From positions 9,047 through 73,046 of the forward strand of contig JAHIVV010000054.1 of assembly GCA_018816525.1 (NCBI GenBank): DNA of 64,000 nucleotides, read 5' to 3'. Position numbers and translations under genes: made by a program. The notes beneath the pieces were generated by a model. It was not told where the DNA came from. It did not search any database and saw only the letters and a list, made by a program, of their open reading frames with translations. The stretch is from Elusimicrobiota bacterium. GTDB lineage: Bacteria > Elusimicrobiota > Endomicrobiia > CG1-02-37-114 > XYA2-FULL-39-19. This document shows, piece after piece, positions 29,980 to 41,775 of the stretch (positions are counted from its first letter, which is position 1; every line of letters begins with the position of its first letter).

Positions 29980-31035
29980 ATGAAAGCTCTCATTTTACTC
30001 GGGGGGATTGGTACCCGGCTAAGGCCATTTACCTGCACAACCCCAAAACCTTTGTTACCTATTTTAAACCAGCCGTTTATAACTTATCAGCTTAACTTAA
30101 TCAAAGAGTTTGGCATAAAAGAAGTAACTTTCTGCCTTAGCTACAGAGCCGAACAATTTAGTAAATTTGTAGGCACCGGAAAAAATTTCGGCCTTAAAGT
30201 GAATTATGTTTACGAAGAAAAACCTTTAGGCACAGGCGGCGCAATAAAAAATGCACAAAAGTTTATTGACCAAACCACGATTATTCTTAATGGAGACATT
30301 CTTACAGACATAAATCTGAAAGAGATGGCCAAATTTCATAACCAGAAAAATGCTATTCTTACTATAGGTCTTGTAAGGGTGAAGGACCCCACCATTTATG
30401 GACTGGTTGAAACAGACAAACAATCAAGAATAGAAAAATTTCTTGAAAAACCTTCCTGGGACGAGGTTACATGTAATACCATAAACAGCGGAATATATAT
30501 TTTTGAGCCTGAATTGCTTGATTACATACCTGTAAATATAAATTATTCTGTTGAAAGAGGATTATTTCCGCACCTTCTTGAAGAACAAAAACCTGTATTT
30601 GGATTCGTTTCTTCGCCATATTGGCTTGATATTGGCACGGTAGAAAAATATGTCCAGGCGCATTTCGACATACTTAAAGGAGAAGTAAAGATACCTGTGC
30701 CGGGCAAGCAGATCAAAAAATCTGTTTGGGCTGACAAAAATGTATCTATAAACGCGAAGTCAGTTATTGAAGGCAAGGTAATAATCGGGCACAACAGCAG
30801 AATTGACGAATTTGTCCAGCTTTCAGGGCTTGTTTCTATAGGAAAAAACTGCAAAATTAAAAAGGGAGCCCAGATTAGTGATTCAGTAATTTTAGACAAT
30901 ACAATAATCGGAGAAGGCACAAAGATTGAAAAATCCATAGTCGGCAGAAATTGTAACGTAGAACCTAATTCGATATTGACTCCAGGCTGTGCAATCGGAG
31001 ACAATTCATTGATAACAAGGTTTTCGAACTTGTAA
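29980..31035 (+). CDS. Sugar-1-phosphate nucleotidyltransferase with a C-terminal left-handed beta-helix (probable mannose-1-phosphate guanylyltransferase)
   Basis: MKALILLGGIGTRLRPFTCTTPKPLLPI, the NTP_transferase G-rich loop. C-terminal hexapeptide repeats. Followed by a PMI-cupin and phosphomannomutase. Confidence 0.7.
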   Translation: MKALILLGGIGTRLRPFTCTTPKPLLPILNQPFITYQLNLIKEFGIKEVTFCLSYRAEQFSKFVGTGKNFGLKVNYVYEEKPLGTGGAIKNAQKFIDQTTIILNGDILTDINLKEMAKFHNQKNAILTIGLVRVKDPTIYGLVETDKQSRIEKFLEKPSWDEVTCNTINSGIYIFEPELLDYIPVNINYSVERGLFPHLLEEQKPVFGFVSSPYWLDIGTVEKYVQAHFDILKGEVKIPVPGKQIKKSVWADKNVSINAKSVIEGKVIIGHNSRIDEFVQLSGLVSIGKNCKIKKGAQISDSVILDNTIIGEGTKIEKSIVGRNCNVEPNSILTPGCAIGDNSLITRFSNL

Positions 31036-31043
31036 AAGGAATG

Positions 31044-31078
31044 CACCCAATATCCTTCCAAGCGGATAGCATTGGGTG
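31044..31078 (+). promoter_or_regulatory. Conserved nested hairpin element, copy 1, about 19 nt upstream of the cupin gene start
   Basis: Outer stem CACCCAAT/ATTGGGTG, inner stem ATCC/GGAT, loop TTCCAAGC, 3' bulge AGC. See the findings. Confidence 0.5.
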
Positions 31079-31096
31079 TTTAAAAGGATAAAAAAA

Positions 31097-31426
31097 ATGA
31101 AAATTGTTAATAAACCATGGGGAAAAGAAATCTGGATTGCTTATACAAAAAAATATTTGGGAAAAATCCTGATAATTAAAAAAGGCCATAGATTAAGCAG
31201 GCAATATCACAAAATTAAAGATGAAACACTTTACTGTGATACCGGAAGATTTGAAATGGAGCTTGGAAGAAAAACATTTACCGTCAAACCGGGGCAAGCT
31301 ATCAGAGTAAAACCTAACACAATCCACCGCATGTTCGCAAAGTATTCCGATGTCAGAATAATTGAAACTTCAACGTCACATCCAAGAGATAGAGTAAGAA
31401 TGGAAGACGATTATGCAAGAAAATAA
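31097..31426 (+). CDS. Cupin domain protein (mannose-6-phosphate isomerase type II C-terminal domain-like)
   Basis: KPWGKEIWIA...GHRLSRQYHKIKDETLY...HPRDRVRMEDDYAR matches ManC C-terminal cupin. The track's GTG start (31076) lies inside the hairpin. The ATG at 31097 has AAGGA 8 nt upstream. Confidence 0.65.
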   Translation: MKIVNKPWGKEIWIAYTKKYLGKILIIKKGHRLSRQYHKIKDETLYCDTGRFEMELGRKTFTVKPGQAIRVKPNTIHRMFAKYSDVRIIETSTSHPRDRVRMEDDYARK

Positions 31427-32849
31427 CATCAAATTCGGTACTGAAGGCTGGAGAGGAATTATTTCCAAAGACTTTACTTTTGAAAATGTCGCAAAAGTAA
31501 GCCAGTCAATTTCCGATTACCTGCGAAGCACCCAAAAACCATCCAATTCGCAATCCGGGCAAAAAATTGCAATTGGTTATGACAACCGGTTTCTTTCAGA
31601 AAAATTTGCCAATTGCTGCGCTCAAGTGTTTTTACAAAACGGTTATGAAGTGATAATATCGGATTCATCTGTCACAACACCCAATCTTTGTTTCATTACA
31701 AAATCGAAAGAAGCGCAAATCGGCATCATGATAACCGCAAGCCATAATCCCGCTATATTTAACGGGCTTAAAGCAAAAGCGCAATATGGCGGGCCTGTAC
31801 CGGAATGGCTTAATAAGGAAATAGAAAAAAATATACCGCAAAGATTTGTCGAGTCTAAAATAGATAATGAGGGTCTAGCGCCTGTCGAATTTAAAGACGA
31901 CTATATTAAATACATCAAAATGTCAGTTGACTTCAGTAAAATAGGGAAAATAAAACAAAATATTGTCTTTGATTGCATGCATGGCCCGGCTTACCGCTAT
32001 ATCGACGGTTTATTTGGCAAGGATAATAAAAAAATAATCAAGTTAAGAGATACAAGGGACGTGCTGTTCGGCGGGTTTAATCCTGAACCGATTGAAAAAT
32101 ATATGTCTTTGACAAAATCGGAGGTAAAAAAACATAAAGCCGCGGCAGGTATTGTAACGGACGGCGACGGTGACCGCGTAGGAGTTGTGGCTGACGGCGG
32201 TATTTACCTGCCTCCTCATACGGTCTTTCCGCTGCTTTTATATTATCAGGCAAAATATAAAAATCAAAAACCAAAAGTCGCGCAAACAATTTCATTAGGC
32301 TATTTATCTGAGCGTATTGCAAAAAAATATAGTCTTGAATTTGAAGAAACACCCGTAGGCTTTAAGTATATAACTGAGAAAATACTTAAAGAGGGGAATA
32401 TCTTCGGCGGTGAGGAATCCTGCGGTTATGCGCTTCCAGGAGAACTGCCGGACAGGGATGGAATACTGTCGGGCCTTACCGTTTTGGAAATGATTGGTTC
32501 GTCAGGAAAAAAACTGTCTGAGCTTGTAAAAGAAATGCAAAAAGAATTCGGAAAATCGTCTTTCATGCGGTATGATTTTCGCCTACCTGAAATAATTTTT
32601 GACAAAAGTTGCTTTGTAAATATTATCAAGGGCTTTATTTCTGAGAAAATAAATGGTAAGACGTTGAAGTCTGTAAAAACCTTTGATGGGATAAAGATAG
32701 TACTTGAAGATGATTCCTGGCTTTTAATGCGGCCCTCAGGAACAGAACCACTGCTTCGGGTGTATTCAGAAACACCGTCACAGAAAACGACACAGCAACT
32801 AATTGATTACGGCAAAAAAATAACCATGAACTATTTTAAAAACAAATAA
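31413..32849 (+). CDS. Phosphomannomutase / phosphoglucomutase (alpha-D-phosphohexomutase family)
   Basis: Active-site TASHNP. Mg-binding GIVTDGDGDRVG. Sugar-binding GGEESCG. Confidence 0.8.
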   Translation: MQENNIKFGTEGWRGIISKDFTFENVAKVSQSISDYLRSTQKPSNSQSGQKIAIGYDNRFLSEKFANCCAQVFLQNGYEVIISDSSVTTPNLCFITKSKEAQIGIMITASHNPAIFNGLKAKAQYGGPVPEWLNKEIEKNIPQRFVESKIDNEGLAPVEFKDDYIKYIKMSVDFSKIGKIKQNIVFDCMHGPAYRYIDGLFGKDNKKIIKLRDTRDVLFGGFNPEPIEKYMSLTKSEVKKHKAAAGIVTDGDGDRVGVVADGGIYLPPHTVFPLLLYYQAKYKNQKPKVAQTISLGYLSERIAKKYSLEFEETPVGFKYITEKILKEGNIFGGEESCGYALPGELPDRDGILSGLTVLEMIGSSGKKLSELVKEMQKEFGKSSFMRYDFRLPEIIFDKSCFVNIIKGFISEKINGKTLKSVKTFDGIKIVLEDDSWLLMRPSGTEPLLRVYSETPSQKTTQQLIDYGKKITMNYFKNK

Positions 32850-32857
32850 AAGAGAGA

Positions 32858-32892
32858 TACCCCATGCTCTTCCAAGCGAGCAGAATGGGGTA
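32858..32892 (+). promoter_or_regulatory. Conserved nested hairpin element, copy 2, immediately upstream of the metK SD
   Basis: Outer stem TACCCCAT/ATGGGGTA, inner stem GCTC/GAGC, loop TTCCAAGC, 3' bulge AGA. The inner stem co-varies relative to copy 1. Confidence 0.5.
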
Positions 32893-32909
32893 CTCAAGAG
32901 GAGAAAGAG

Positions 32910-34079
32910 ATGAGTTTTGTTAGAAAAGATTTCTTTTTTACATCTGAATCAGTAGGCGCCGGCCATCCGGACAAAGTTTGCGACAAAGTTTCTGATGCAG
33001 TATTGGATGATGTTTTAAGGCAGGATCCAAAAGGGCGGGTAGCCTGTGAAACATTTATAACCTTGGGCCTGATCATTGTCGGGGGCGAAATAACCACAAA
33101 AGCTTATGTGGATGTCCCAAGCATTGTAAAAAGAGTAGTCAAAGATATCGGATATAATGATCCAAAATATGGTTTTGATTACAAGAACTGCGGGATATTA
33201 AACGGAATTCACTCTCAATCACCGGACATTTCCCAGGGAGTTGACACAGGCGGCGCCGGAGACCAGGGAATAATGATTGGTTATGCAAATAATCAGACTG
33301 AAGAACTAATGCCTATGCCGATTACTTTAGCCCATAAACTTATCAAAAAAACTAATGAAGCAAGGACTTCCGGCCTTCTTTCTTATTTAGGCCCTGATTG
33401 CAAATCCCAGGTGACTGTTGAATATGTCAACGGCAAACCGGCAAGAGTTGACGCTGTAGTCATTGCATGCCAGCACACCGAAGATGTTTTAGATAAAACC
33501 GGAAAACACATGTCTGAAAATGCAAAAAAACAAATGAAAAAGGAAATAATTGACCCCATAATCGGCAAAATGGCTGATTCAAAAACAAAATATTTTATTA
33601 ACGCAACAGGAAAATTTGTTATCGGCGGGCCTGCATCAGATACAGGTATGACCGGGAGAAAAATTATTGTCGATACTTATGGCGGTTGGGCTCAGCACGG
33701 CGGCGGAGCATTTTCAGGGAAAGACCCGACCAAAGTTGACAGGTCAGCAACTTATATGGCAAGGCATATTGCAAAAAATATTGTCGCAGCGAAGCTTGCT
33801 GATGAATGCCTGGTAGAACTTTCATATTGTATCGGTGTTGCCGACCCTATTTCAATCATGATTGATACCCATAACACAGGTGAAATCAGCGATGAAAGGC
33901 TTGAGAAAATCGTCAGGGACGTGTTCCCACTAACACCCAGGGGTATAATTGATTACCTCAAACTTCGCAGGCCCATATACTGCAAAACAGCTGCCGGCGG
34001 GCATTTTGGCAGAAAAGAAGCTGACTTTCTGTGGGAAAAAACCAACAAAGTTGATGAATTAAGAAAAGCAGCGAAATAA
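32910..34079 (+). CDS. metK: S-adenosylmethionine synthetase
   Basis: [31 protein letters not shown] and the [10 protein letters not shown]-loop, the canonical bacterial MetK motifs. 389 aa. Confidence 0.9.
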   Translation: MSFVRKDFFFTSESVGAGHPDKVCDKVSDAVLDDVLRQDPKGRVACETFITLGLIIVGGEITTKAYVDVPSIVKRVVKDIGYNDPKYGFDYKNCGILNGIHSQSPDISQGVDTGGAGDQGIMIGYANNQTEELMPMPITLAHKLIKKTNEARTSGLLSYLGPDCKSQVTVEYVNGKPARVDAVVIACQHTEDVLDKTGKHMSENAKKQMKKEIIDPIIGKMADSKTKYFINATGKFVIGGPASDTGMTGRKIIVDTYGGWAQHGGGAFSGKDPTKVDRSATYMARHIAKNIVAAKLADECLVELSYCIGVADPISIMIDTHNTGEISDERLEKIVRDVFPLTPRGIIDYLKLRRPIYCKTAAGGHFGRKEADFLWEKTNKVDELRKAAK

Positions 34080-34102
34080 ATTTAAAAAATAATTAGGAGA
34101 AA

Positions 34103-35427
<1,325 letters not shown>

Positions 35428-35440
35428 AATAATCTAAAAA

Positions 35441-35470
35441 ACTGCCAGCTATAAACTGGCAGTTTTTTTT
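35441..35470 (+). terminator. Rho-independent terminator after ahcY
   Basis: CTGCCAG-CTATAAA-CTGGCAG hairpin followed by T8. Confidence 0.7.
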
Positions 35471-35471
35471 C

Positions 35472-35500
35472 TTGACAAACCGCCTTAATATTTATATAAT
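35472..35500 (+). promoter_or_regulatory. Consensus sigma-70 promoter (TTGACA-N17-TATAAT) for the giant surface-protein gene
   Basis: TTGACA at 35472-35477, exactly a 17-nt spacer, TATAAT at 35495-35500, ATG at 35512. Confidence 0.55.
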
Positions 35501-35511
35501 TTTAACGCTAA

Positions 35512-38500
35512 ATGAAAAAAATAATCTTCTTCCTTTTGGCCATTCTTGCAGTCAATCTTCTCTTACCTGCAATTTCTTTTTCTTCTGCAATTCAAACATC
35601 TACAGAAACAACAACCGGTGTCTGGAATTCAACTTACACTTGGTCCGGCGGTTTAATCCCTGGGCCCGATGATGAAGTAACTGTAAGTGAAGGGTTTTTA
35701 TTGTTAATAGATACTGCTGCTGAATGCAAAGCCATTTCTCTTACACTGGATCAATACGCAACTGTTGAATTCCATCCTTTTGGAGTAAATGCATCAACTC
35801 TTAATGTACGAGGGGATATCACTTTTGGCGATGGCGCTGCTATGACCATGAACGGTTCAAATGCAAATGACAGGATGCTATTAGACGCTAACGACTTAGT
35901 TTTAAACGGCGATGGCTCTTCCTTAACATCCCTGCTCAACACTACACAAACCCAAAATCTTACAATCAATGCCAGAGACATTAAATTAGGTGCTGATAAA
36001 TCAGCGCTTTTTAGAATCACAGCAAGCACAAAATCGATTATTAATTTGGCATGCCGTGATATATCGCTTGCCAATTGTGTTAATTACGGTAATTTTTTTG
36101 ATATAGAGATCAATGCGCCAGATACTACTCTTAATTTAGCTGCCGGACAAATAACTGTAGGGACTTTGAATGATCTTTACATTATGGTGAACTCACAGGC
36201 AAATAAGTGTTTAGCAAACATTTCTTTTGCAAAACTAACTACAAATTCTGAAGGAGTTTTTGATGCCAGGTGCTCTGTATTATCCAGCACGATGTCACTT
36301 TCTCTAAACGGTTCACTATCACCTGCCGCAGTTAGCAACAATGGTACTTTACGTTTAATCGGGACCAATCCAAGCGCAAACCCAAAACCCGATTCTGAAA
36401 ATACGAGAAGAAATATCTCTTTTACAGGTGTTTATGGTGACTCTTATATGCAATGCTATGGTTATACTGACTTTGAAAATGCTTCTATTACTCGTTTTGG
36501 TAAATTCAGAGCAGAAAATAAATATGGTATCTGCTTTTTCAATATAGACGGTGCGATAGATCAAAAAATTTTCCTTTATAACTGCGATATCTCTTCATCA
36601 ATTGATACTGGTATTTATCTTTCCGGGTGTACAAGGCTCAATAGGCAATGGTATGACCAGGGTATATTATCCTGCATAATAAGAGGAAACGGATATAACG
36701 GTATTTGGCTTGATTCAACACAAAAAAGCGAAATTAGAAATTGCAAGATTTATAATAACATTGGAGCAAATATCGGTTACGGAATTCATCTGACAAACAT
36801 ATCAAATGAAAACACAATCAAGAACAATGATGTTTATGCAAATAAAATTATAGGAATTTACCTTAATGGTTCTGATAAAAACCTTATTTCTAACAATCTT
36901 GTCCACGACCAACTGCCGGGTTACGGACAAGAGGGTATTTATCTTTATAACTCCAAAAAAAATATAATTGCCGGGAATAGCTGCTATAGCAACCCTGTTC
37001 ACGGAATTGCTCTAGAGAACGGTTCAAATCTTAACTACGTTGTAGGGAACAATTTCTCAAAAAATCTTGACGGAGGAATGAGAGTCCGTTACAATGCCAA
37101 CGGCAATATATTTATATCCAATGTGAGCTCAGAAAATGCCAGGACCGGTTTTACTTCTCATTCTTCAGTAGATACCTTTTGTGCAAATGAATTATTTCAA
37201 AATAATACAATTGGGGACATCTATATAGAAGGTGAAGAAAATATCGGTTATATTTCTCAACTCTGGATGAAAAATTGTTTATTCAGGAGTACTGTTACCT
37301 TCACGAATACACCGGAAAAACAGGAGTTTACTAAAGAAAATTCATGGGTTATAAGCCAAAAACATAACGGAACAAATGGGTTAACAAGAGTTTGGGGACA
37401 ATTCTCAATACCCCAATCTGCCCATTCCTGGCATACATCCGATCTCCTGAAATTTGACTATAGCGAAAAGTCATACACAGGAAAATCTCACGGCTGGAAC
37501 AAAACTATAAATAATTATGATACACCTATGCTGAGATACGACGATGGAGGTGCTGACGGAGCCGGCATGCCTCCCTTAGGGTCTAATGACATTACATCAA
37601 TTACGCCAAGTTCGACAACAAAAACAGAGCTTTGGATATTAACCTATGAGTCATCAATAAACCGCTGGACGGTTTGGGGTTCAAGTTCGGGGATGCAGAC
37701 AAGGGGCGGCTCTGAAGGAAATGGTTTTGCTAAACCTGACTCCGATTATATCAGTGATAACGGAGAAATAAGATTCAGAATCACTCACCACTACTCTCCT
37801 GTTTCGCCGGGTGAAGAATATACTTTTGTTATTTTAGCAGACTCAAATGACCAAAACACACAAAAAAAAGTAGAACTGTGTGATTTTTCTGATCCTAACT
37901 ATATTGGTGCAAGCTTTACTAATAAAACTGGTGCTACGGTTGAGTTTATTGGTTTATCTACTGCCCCAACTCTTGTCACCAGAAAACTGGCCGAAGACGT
38001 TCCTGATACAAGTTTCTATTACGGTTTGACTTTAGGCGGCATAATAAACAAAATAAAATACACCGATTTGTCATTCCTTGACGGAAAAGGTCTATTCTTA
38101 AATGCTAAACCAGAAAATAATACAGAAAATATCCGTATTGAAAATCTTCTTCCTGGCACAACTTATTCAACCTACATATCTGTTTTGAATGTAACCGACC
38201 ATTACCTTGATTCAGTTTATATTGAAACAACTTCTGTAACCGGAATCTACAACGTAAGGGCTGATGGTTCCACTTTATACTTTAGGGATTACACGAGGCC
38301 TTTCCTGCAGGATAAATTGAGCATTGGTTCAGCCGTTTACTGGGATCCAACTCTTGTATGGAGCGGATTATCAGGTTTTACTGATGATGGCATTGACCCC
38401 AATAACGCTGACCAATCCAGCGCAAGAGAGTTCCAGGTAAAATATATTGACCGCGGGCTGGGAGCTAACGGGAATGCCCCTACTACAGTTCAGGTTTGGA

Positions 38501-40719
38501 TCGATTTTAATGATAACGACACGTATGAAACTTCTGAAAGAATTGGAATGAAATTAAAAACCGGTGTTGGCAATGACAACAATTATACAAATGGCGAAAT
38601 TTTTTACTGTATTATTTCCTCTATCGCTTACACCGGAGACGGTATACTTTCTTTCAGGTTTTATGCAACAAACCCTAATAGCATGACCATTTCTACATAT
38701 TCTTACAGCCTCTATAGCGTAAACAACAATGTAATGAGCACTTATGAAGCTTCCGGTACAGGGATTTCGATGAGTACTTTCACTATTAAAGGAACACCGC
38801 CAAGGATTACGATTGTTACACCTTCAACCGAACAAACAGGCATTGTACCTATAGCTTTTAATTTAATTGATGATAACAACAGGCCTGATCCATTTAATAA
38901 ATGTTCTGTAACGGTTGAATATCGCGACCCTTCCTCAAACACGTGGAAACCGGCTACAATAGGCGTTGGGTCTGAACCTACTACGGATCTGACTGCTGTC
39001 GTTTCACCCGGTATGCTGCATACCTTTATATGGGATTCTTCAACTGATTTAGCAAATAAAGATGTTTCAACTGCAATAAGAATAACCCCTTCAGGAGGAG
39101 ATGGAACTGGTTCAGGAGCCACTACCGGTTCGTTCTTTGTAGATAACATAATCGTATCCAAGCTCATTTTTATATCTTCTGAACAAGAATTGCGCTCCGG
39201 AGCTACCTCACAAATAATTACAATTCAAGGCCAGGATTCAGCAAACAATAAAGATGTGGATGCCAATATGTCAATCAGTTTATTGAGTACATCTACAAAT
39301 TATGCTTTCGTAAGTTCAACTGCTAATGTAACTATTACCAGTGCAACTATGGTTTCAGGTGAAGCAACTTTCAGGTATTGTGATGAACAAAGGGGAAACC
39401 CGACAATTGTTGTTTCTTATCCCGGACTCCAATCAGCCAGCCAGAGTTGGTGGATAACCAAAAATGTAAGCGCCCCCGGCTCTGCCTTGTCTATTACTGT
39501 CACTGATAGTGTAGTAGGCTCCTCTCTGGTTCCAGTCAATGTTACTGTAACATTGAAAGATTTGGACGGCAATCCCGTTGCCAGCAAAGATGTTACTATT
39601 TCTGTATCGGGAACCGACAATTATATAACTCAACCAACTGACAAAACAAATTCAAATGGCCAGGCTTTTGCCTCATTCTGGTCAACAAAAGCTGAAAGAA
39701 AAACAATTACAGCAACAGATATTACTGATAATATCATGATTGTTTCCAGCGCATCAATTAACTTTACTCCTACAAATGTAAACGGCAGTATTTCAACAGT
39801 AAGCATATCCAGCCAGACAGCGATACTGGGCAGTACTGTTACAGTTTATGTAACCTTGCTTGATATATATAGTAATCCTGTTCCCAACAAGCTTGTAAAT
39901 GTAAGTATTCTTCCGAATATAGCAGGGGATTTGCTTACTCTCTCAACAAACTATACTGACAATGCAGGTTTTATCAGAGCTGCAACACTGATGTGTGTGA
40001 GTGCCGGGCAAAGAATAATAAGCGCGCAAGACCAGTCGGATGTTTTACCTTTGACGTCTTCTGTAACCGTAACATTTACTTCTTTAAATGCCATTGATTT
40101 ATCGTCTCCTACGATTGTATCAGTTACTCCTTCAAGCGCCAGCACGCTTACTTCGGGCTTTACTCAAATCATTATCATTGCCTCAGATACCTTATCAGGT
40201 TTAAATTTATCATCTTCCACTATTGCATTGCTTCAAAATGGCACAGCAGCCGCAGGAACATTGTCCATAAGCGGCTCTAATAGCCTGGTTTATACTATAA
40301 CCGGCGAGGTGCAAAATGGTAACTACTCAATAACTGCGACAATCTATGATAATGCAAATAATTATTCCACTTTCAATTCAAGTTTCACCGTAAACATTCA
40401 GAACCCCGAACAAGTGTTTAAAACTCAATCTTACACCTATCCCAACCCAAGCACTGATGGAAATGTAAGGGTTAACTACAGCCTCCTTAATAACGCGACT
40501 AAAGTCACTCTAAAAATTTATAACATTATCGGAGAACTTGTCAGACAGGAAACATTGGATACAACTGTAGGCTCAAATAAAACGTATGTATGGGACTCAA
40601 AAAACCAGGATGGGGAATTGGTAGGAACAGGTGTATATATAATTAAACTGCTTGCAGAAATGGATTCTTCAACCAAGTATACTACGACAAAAAAACAAAT
40701 AGTGATAAAACGTAAATGA
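35512..40719 (+). CDS. Giant secreted surface protein with a signal peptide, parallel beta-helix (PbH1/NosD-like) repeats, multiple Ig-like (Big) domains and a T9SS-type C-terminal sorting domain
   Basis: N-terminal MKKIIFFLLAILAVNLLLPAISFSSA. Repeated N-rich beta-helix rungs (IRNCKIYNN..., IKNNDVYAN..., ISNNLVHD..., IIAGNSCYSN...). Repeated about 90-aa Ig-like modules (ITVTDSVVGSSLVPVNVTVTLKDLDGNPVASKDVTISVSG...). C-terminal about 80 aa (YPNPSTDGNV...KIYNIIGELV...GTGVYIIKL) matches the Por/T9SS CTD pattern. Confidence 0.7.
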   Translation: MKKIIFFLLAILAVNLLLPAISFSSAIQTSTETTTGVWNSTYTWSGGLIPGPDDEVTVSEGFLLLIDTAAECKAISLTLDQYATVEFHPFGVNASTLNVRGDITFGDGAAMTMNGSNANDRMLLDANDLVLNGDGSSLTSLLNTTQTQNLTINARDIKLGADKSALFRITASTKSIINLACRDISLANCVNYGNFFDIEINAPDTTLNLAAGQITVGTLNDLYIMVNSQANKCLANISFAKLTTNSEGVFDARCSVLSSTMSLSLNGSLSPAAVSNNGTLRLIGTNPSANPKPDSENTRRNISFTGVYGDSYMQCYGYTDFENASITRFGKFRAENKYGICFFNIDGAIDQKIFLYNCDISSSIDTGIYLSGCTRLNRQWYDQGILSCIIRGNGYNGIWLDSTQKSEIRNCKIYNNIGANIGYGIHLTNISNENTIKNNDVYANKIIGIYLNGSDKNLISNNLVHDQLPGYGQEGIYLYNSKKNIIAGNSCYSNPVHGIALENGSNLNYVVGNNFSKNLDGGMRVRYNANGNIFISNVSSENARTGFTSHSSVDTFCANELFQNNTIGDIYIEGEENIGYISQLWMKNCLFRSTVTFTNTPEKQEFTKENSWVISQKHNGTNGLTRVWGQFSIPQSAHSWHTSDLLKFDYSEKSYTGKSHGWNKTINNYDTPMLRYDDGGADGAGMPPLGSNDITSITPSSTTKTELWILTYESSINRWTVWGSSSGMQTRGGSEGNGFAKPDSDYISDNGEIRFRITHHYSPVSPGEEYTFVILADSNDQNTQKKVELCDFSDPNYIGASFTNKTGATVEFIGLSTAPTLVTRKLAEDVPDTSFYYGLTLGGIINKIKYTDLSFLDGKGLFLNAKPENNTENIRIENLLPGTTYSTYISVLNVTDHYLDSVYIETTSVTGIYNVRADGSTLYFRDYTRPFLQDKLSIGSAVYWDPTLVWSGLSGFTDDGIDPNNADQSSAREFQVKYIDRGLGANGNAPTTVQVWIDFNDNDTYETSERIGMKLKTGVGNDNNYTNGEIFYCIISSIAYTGDGILSFRFYATNPNSMTISTYSYSLYSVNNNVMSTYEASGTGISMSTFTIKGTPPRITIVTPSTEQTGIVPIAFNLIDDNNRPDPFNKCSVTVEYRDPSSNTWKPATIGVGSEPTTDLTAVVSPGMLHTFIWDSSTDLANKDVSTAIRITPSGGDGTGSGATTGSFFVDNIIVSKLIFISSEQELRSGATSQIITIQGQDSANNKDVDANMSISLLSTSTNYAFVSSTANVTITSATMVSGEATFRYCDEQRGNPTIVVSYPGLQSASQSWWITKNVSAPGSALSITVTDSVVGSSLVPVNVTVTLKDLDGNPVASKDVTISVSGTDNYITQPTDKTNSNGQAFASFWSTKAERKTITATDITDNIMIVSSASINFTPTNVNGSISTVSISSQTAILGSTVTVYVTLLDIYSNPVPNKLVNVSILPNIAGDLLTLSTNYTDNAGFIRAATLMCVSAGQRIISAQDQSDVLPLTSSVTVTFTSLNAIDLSSPTIVSVTPSSASTLTSGFTQIIIIASDTLSGLNLSSSTIALLQNGTAAAGTLSISGSNSLVYTITGEVQNGNYSITATIYDNANNYSTFNSSFTVNIQNPEQVFKTQSYTYPNPSTDGNVRVNYSLLNNATKVTLKIYNIIGELVRQETLDTTVGSNKTYVWDSKNQDGELVGTGVYIIKLLAEMDSSTKYTTTKKQIVIKRK

Positions 40720-41711
40720 AAAAATTTATACTGACTATACTCTCTTTAACTATTTTTTCAATTCTTGCAGCTGATTCTTTTGTTGTCGCGGAATCACCAG
40801 GGACCAGTACGGCTGTCTTCCTTAAATTAATACCTGGTGCCAGGCCGGCAGGTATGGGAAATGCATTTACTGCCATCTCTGATGATTCAAATGCCATCTA
40901 TACGAACTCAAGCGGCCTTATCCAGATTAAATCAATAAATATTTCGGCAACTCATATCTTGTTATTTGAAGATATTACCCATACATCAGTCAACCTTGCT
41001 TATCCTTCAGGCGCTAACACTTTTGGTTTGGGCATCAGTTATCTTTCAACGGGTGAAATCGAAGCCAGGGATTCGACAGGCTTGCTACTTGCAACAAATA
41101 ACTCGGTAAGCAATTCGGTAATCTCAGTTGCTTATACCAGAAAAATAGTGGATAATTTTGGCGTGGGCCTGACAGCAAAAACAATATCACAGAAATACGG
41201 ACTGTATTCAGGCAACGGTATGGCAACAGACGTTTCCGGAATTTATAAGTTCAGAATAAGCGAAGGCTACGTATCAGCAGGATTAGCTTTACAAAACCTG
41301 GGTTCTCCAATCACAATTGCAGATGTAGGAAATAGCCTTCCTACAATTACCAGATTAGGTATTGCTTACATACCTTCAAGCCGCTTTAAGATTGATGTCG
41401 ATGCAGATAAAACATCCGACAGCGCAATGAAAATATATTCCGGAATCGAATACATTTATAACAATTCCTTTGTTTTAAGAGCCGGGCATAACCAGCTTAA
41501 TAAAATATCCGGTACTGAAGGCATTTGCCTTGGTATCGGAACCAGGACTAACCTCGAAAAAGAAGCTTTGTGGGAAGAAGGGACCGTAGAAGAATCAAAA
41601 GAAGAGGGTTCTGAATTTGATTTTGACTACGCTTTAACTTCAAACTCGGAAGATTTAGGCTACACTCACCGCATATCTGTAACCTATAAATTTGGTAACA
41701 AATTCCATTAA
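40716..41711 (+). CDS. Outer-membrane beta-barrel protein of the FadL/PorV (LptO)-like family
   Basis: Signal peptide. N-terminal hatch motif SPGTSTAVFLKLIPGARPAGMGNAFTAISDDSNAIYTNSSGL resembles FadL/PorV. Alternating-hydrophobic beta-strand pattern, C-terminal aromatic (KF). Start overlaps the stop of the giant cargo gene (ATGA). Confidence 0.45.
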   Translation: MKKFILTILSLTIFSILAADSFVVAESPGTSTAVFLKLIPGARPAGMGNAFTAISDDSNAIYTNSSGLIQIKSINISATHILLFEDITHTSVNLAYPSGANTFGLGISYLSTGEIEARDSTGLLLATNNSVSNSVISVAYTRKIVDNFGVGLTAKTISQKYGLYSGNGMATDVSGIYKFRISEGYVSAGLALQNLGSPITIADVGNSLPTITRLGIAYIPSSRFKIDVDADKTSDSAMKIYSGIEYIYNNSFVLRAGHNQLNKISGTEGICLGIGTRTNLEKEALWEEGTVEESKEEGSEFDFDYALTSNSEDLGYTHRISVTYKFGNKFH

Positions 41712-41775
41712 ATACTGCCTTAAATTGACACTACCAGCAAAAAATGATAAAATCACTGTCTAAACCAGGTTTTTT

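Noticed and set aside
30543-31061. 172-aa minus-strand ORF
   Set aside because: Antisense to the well-supported nucleotidyltransferase gene and lacking any recognisable family signature. The same applies to 38742-39167(-), 42066-42473(-), 43316-43753(-), 44160-44462(-), 48546-48935(+), 50903-51178(+), 54463-54768(+) and 55341-55619(+).
35472-35672. 66-aa plus-strand ORF overlapping the promoter and 5' end of the giant gene
   Set aside because: Out of frame with the 1735-aa CDS, which has a signal peptide and domain structure. This ORF is spurious.
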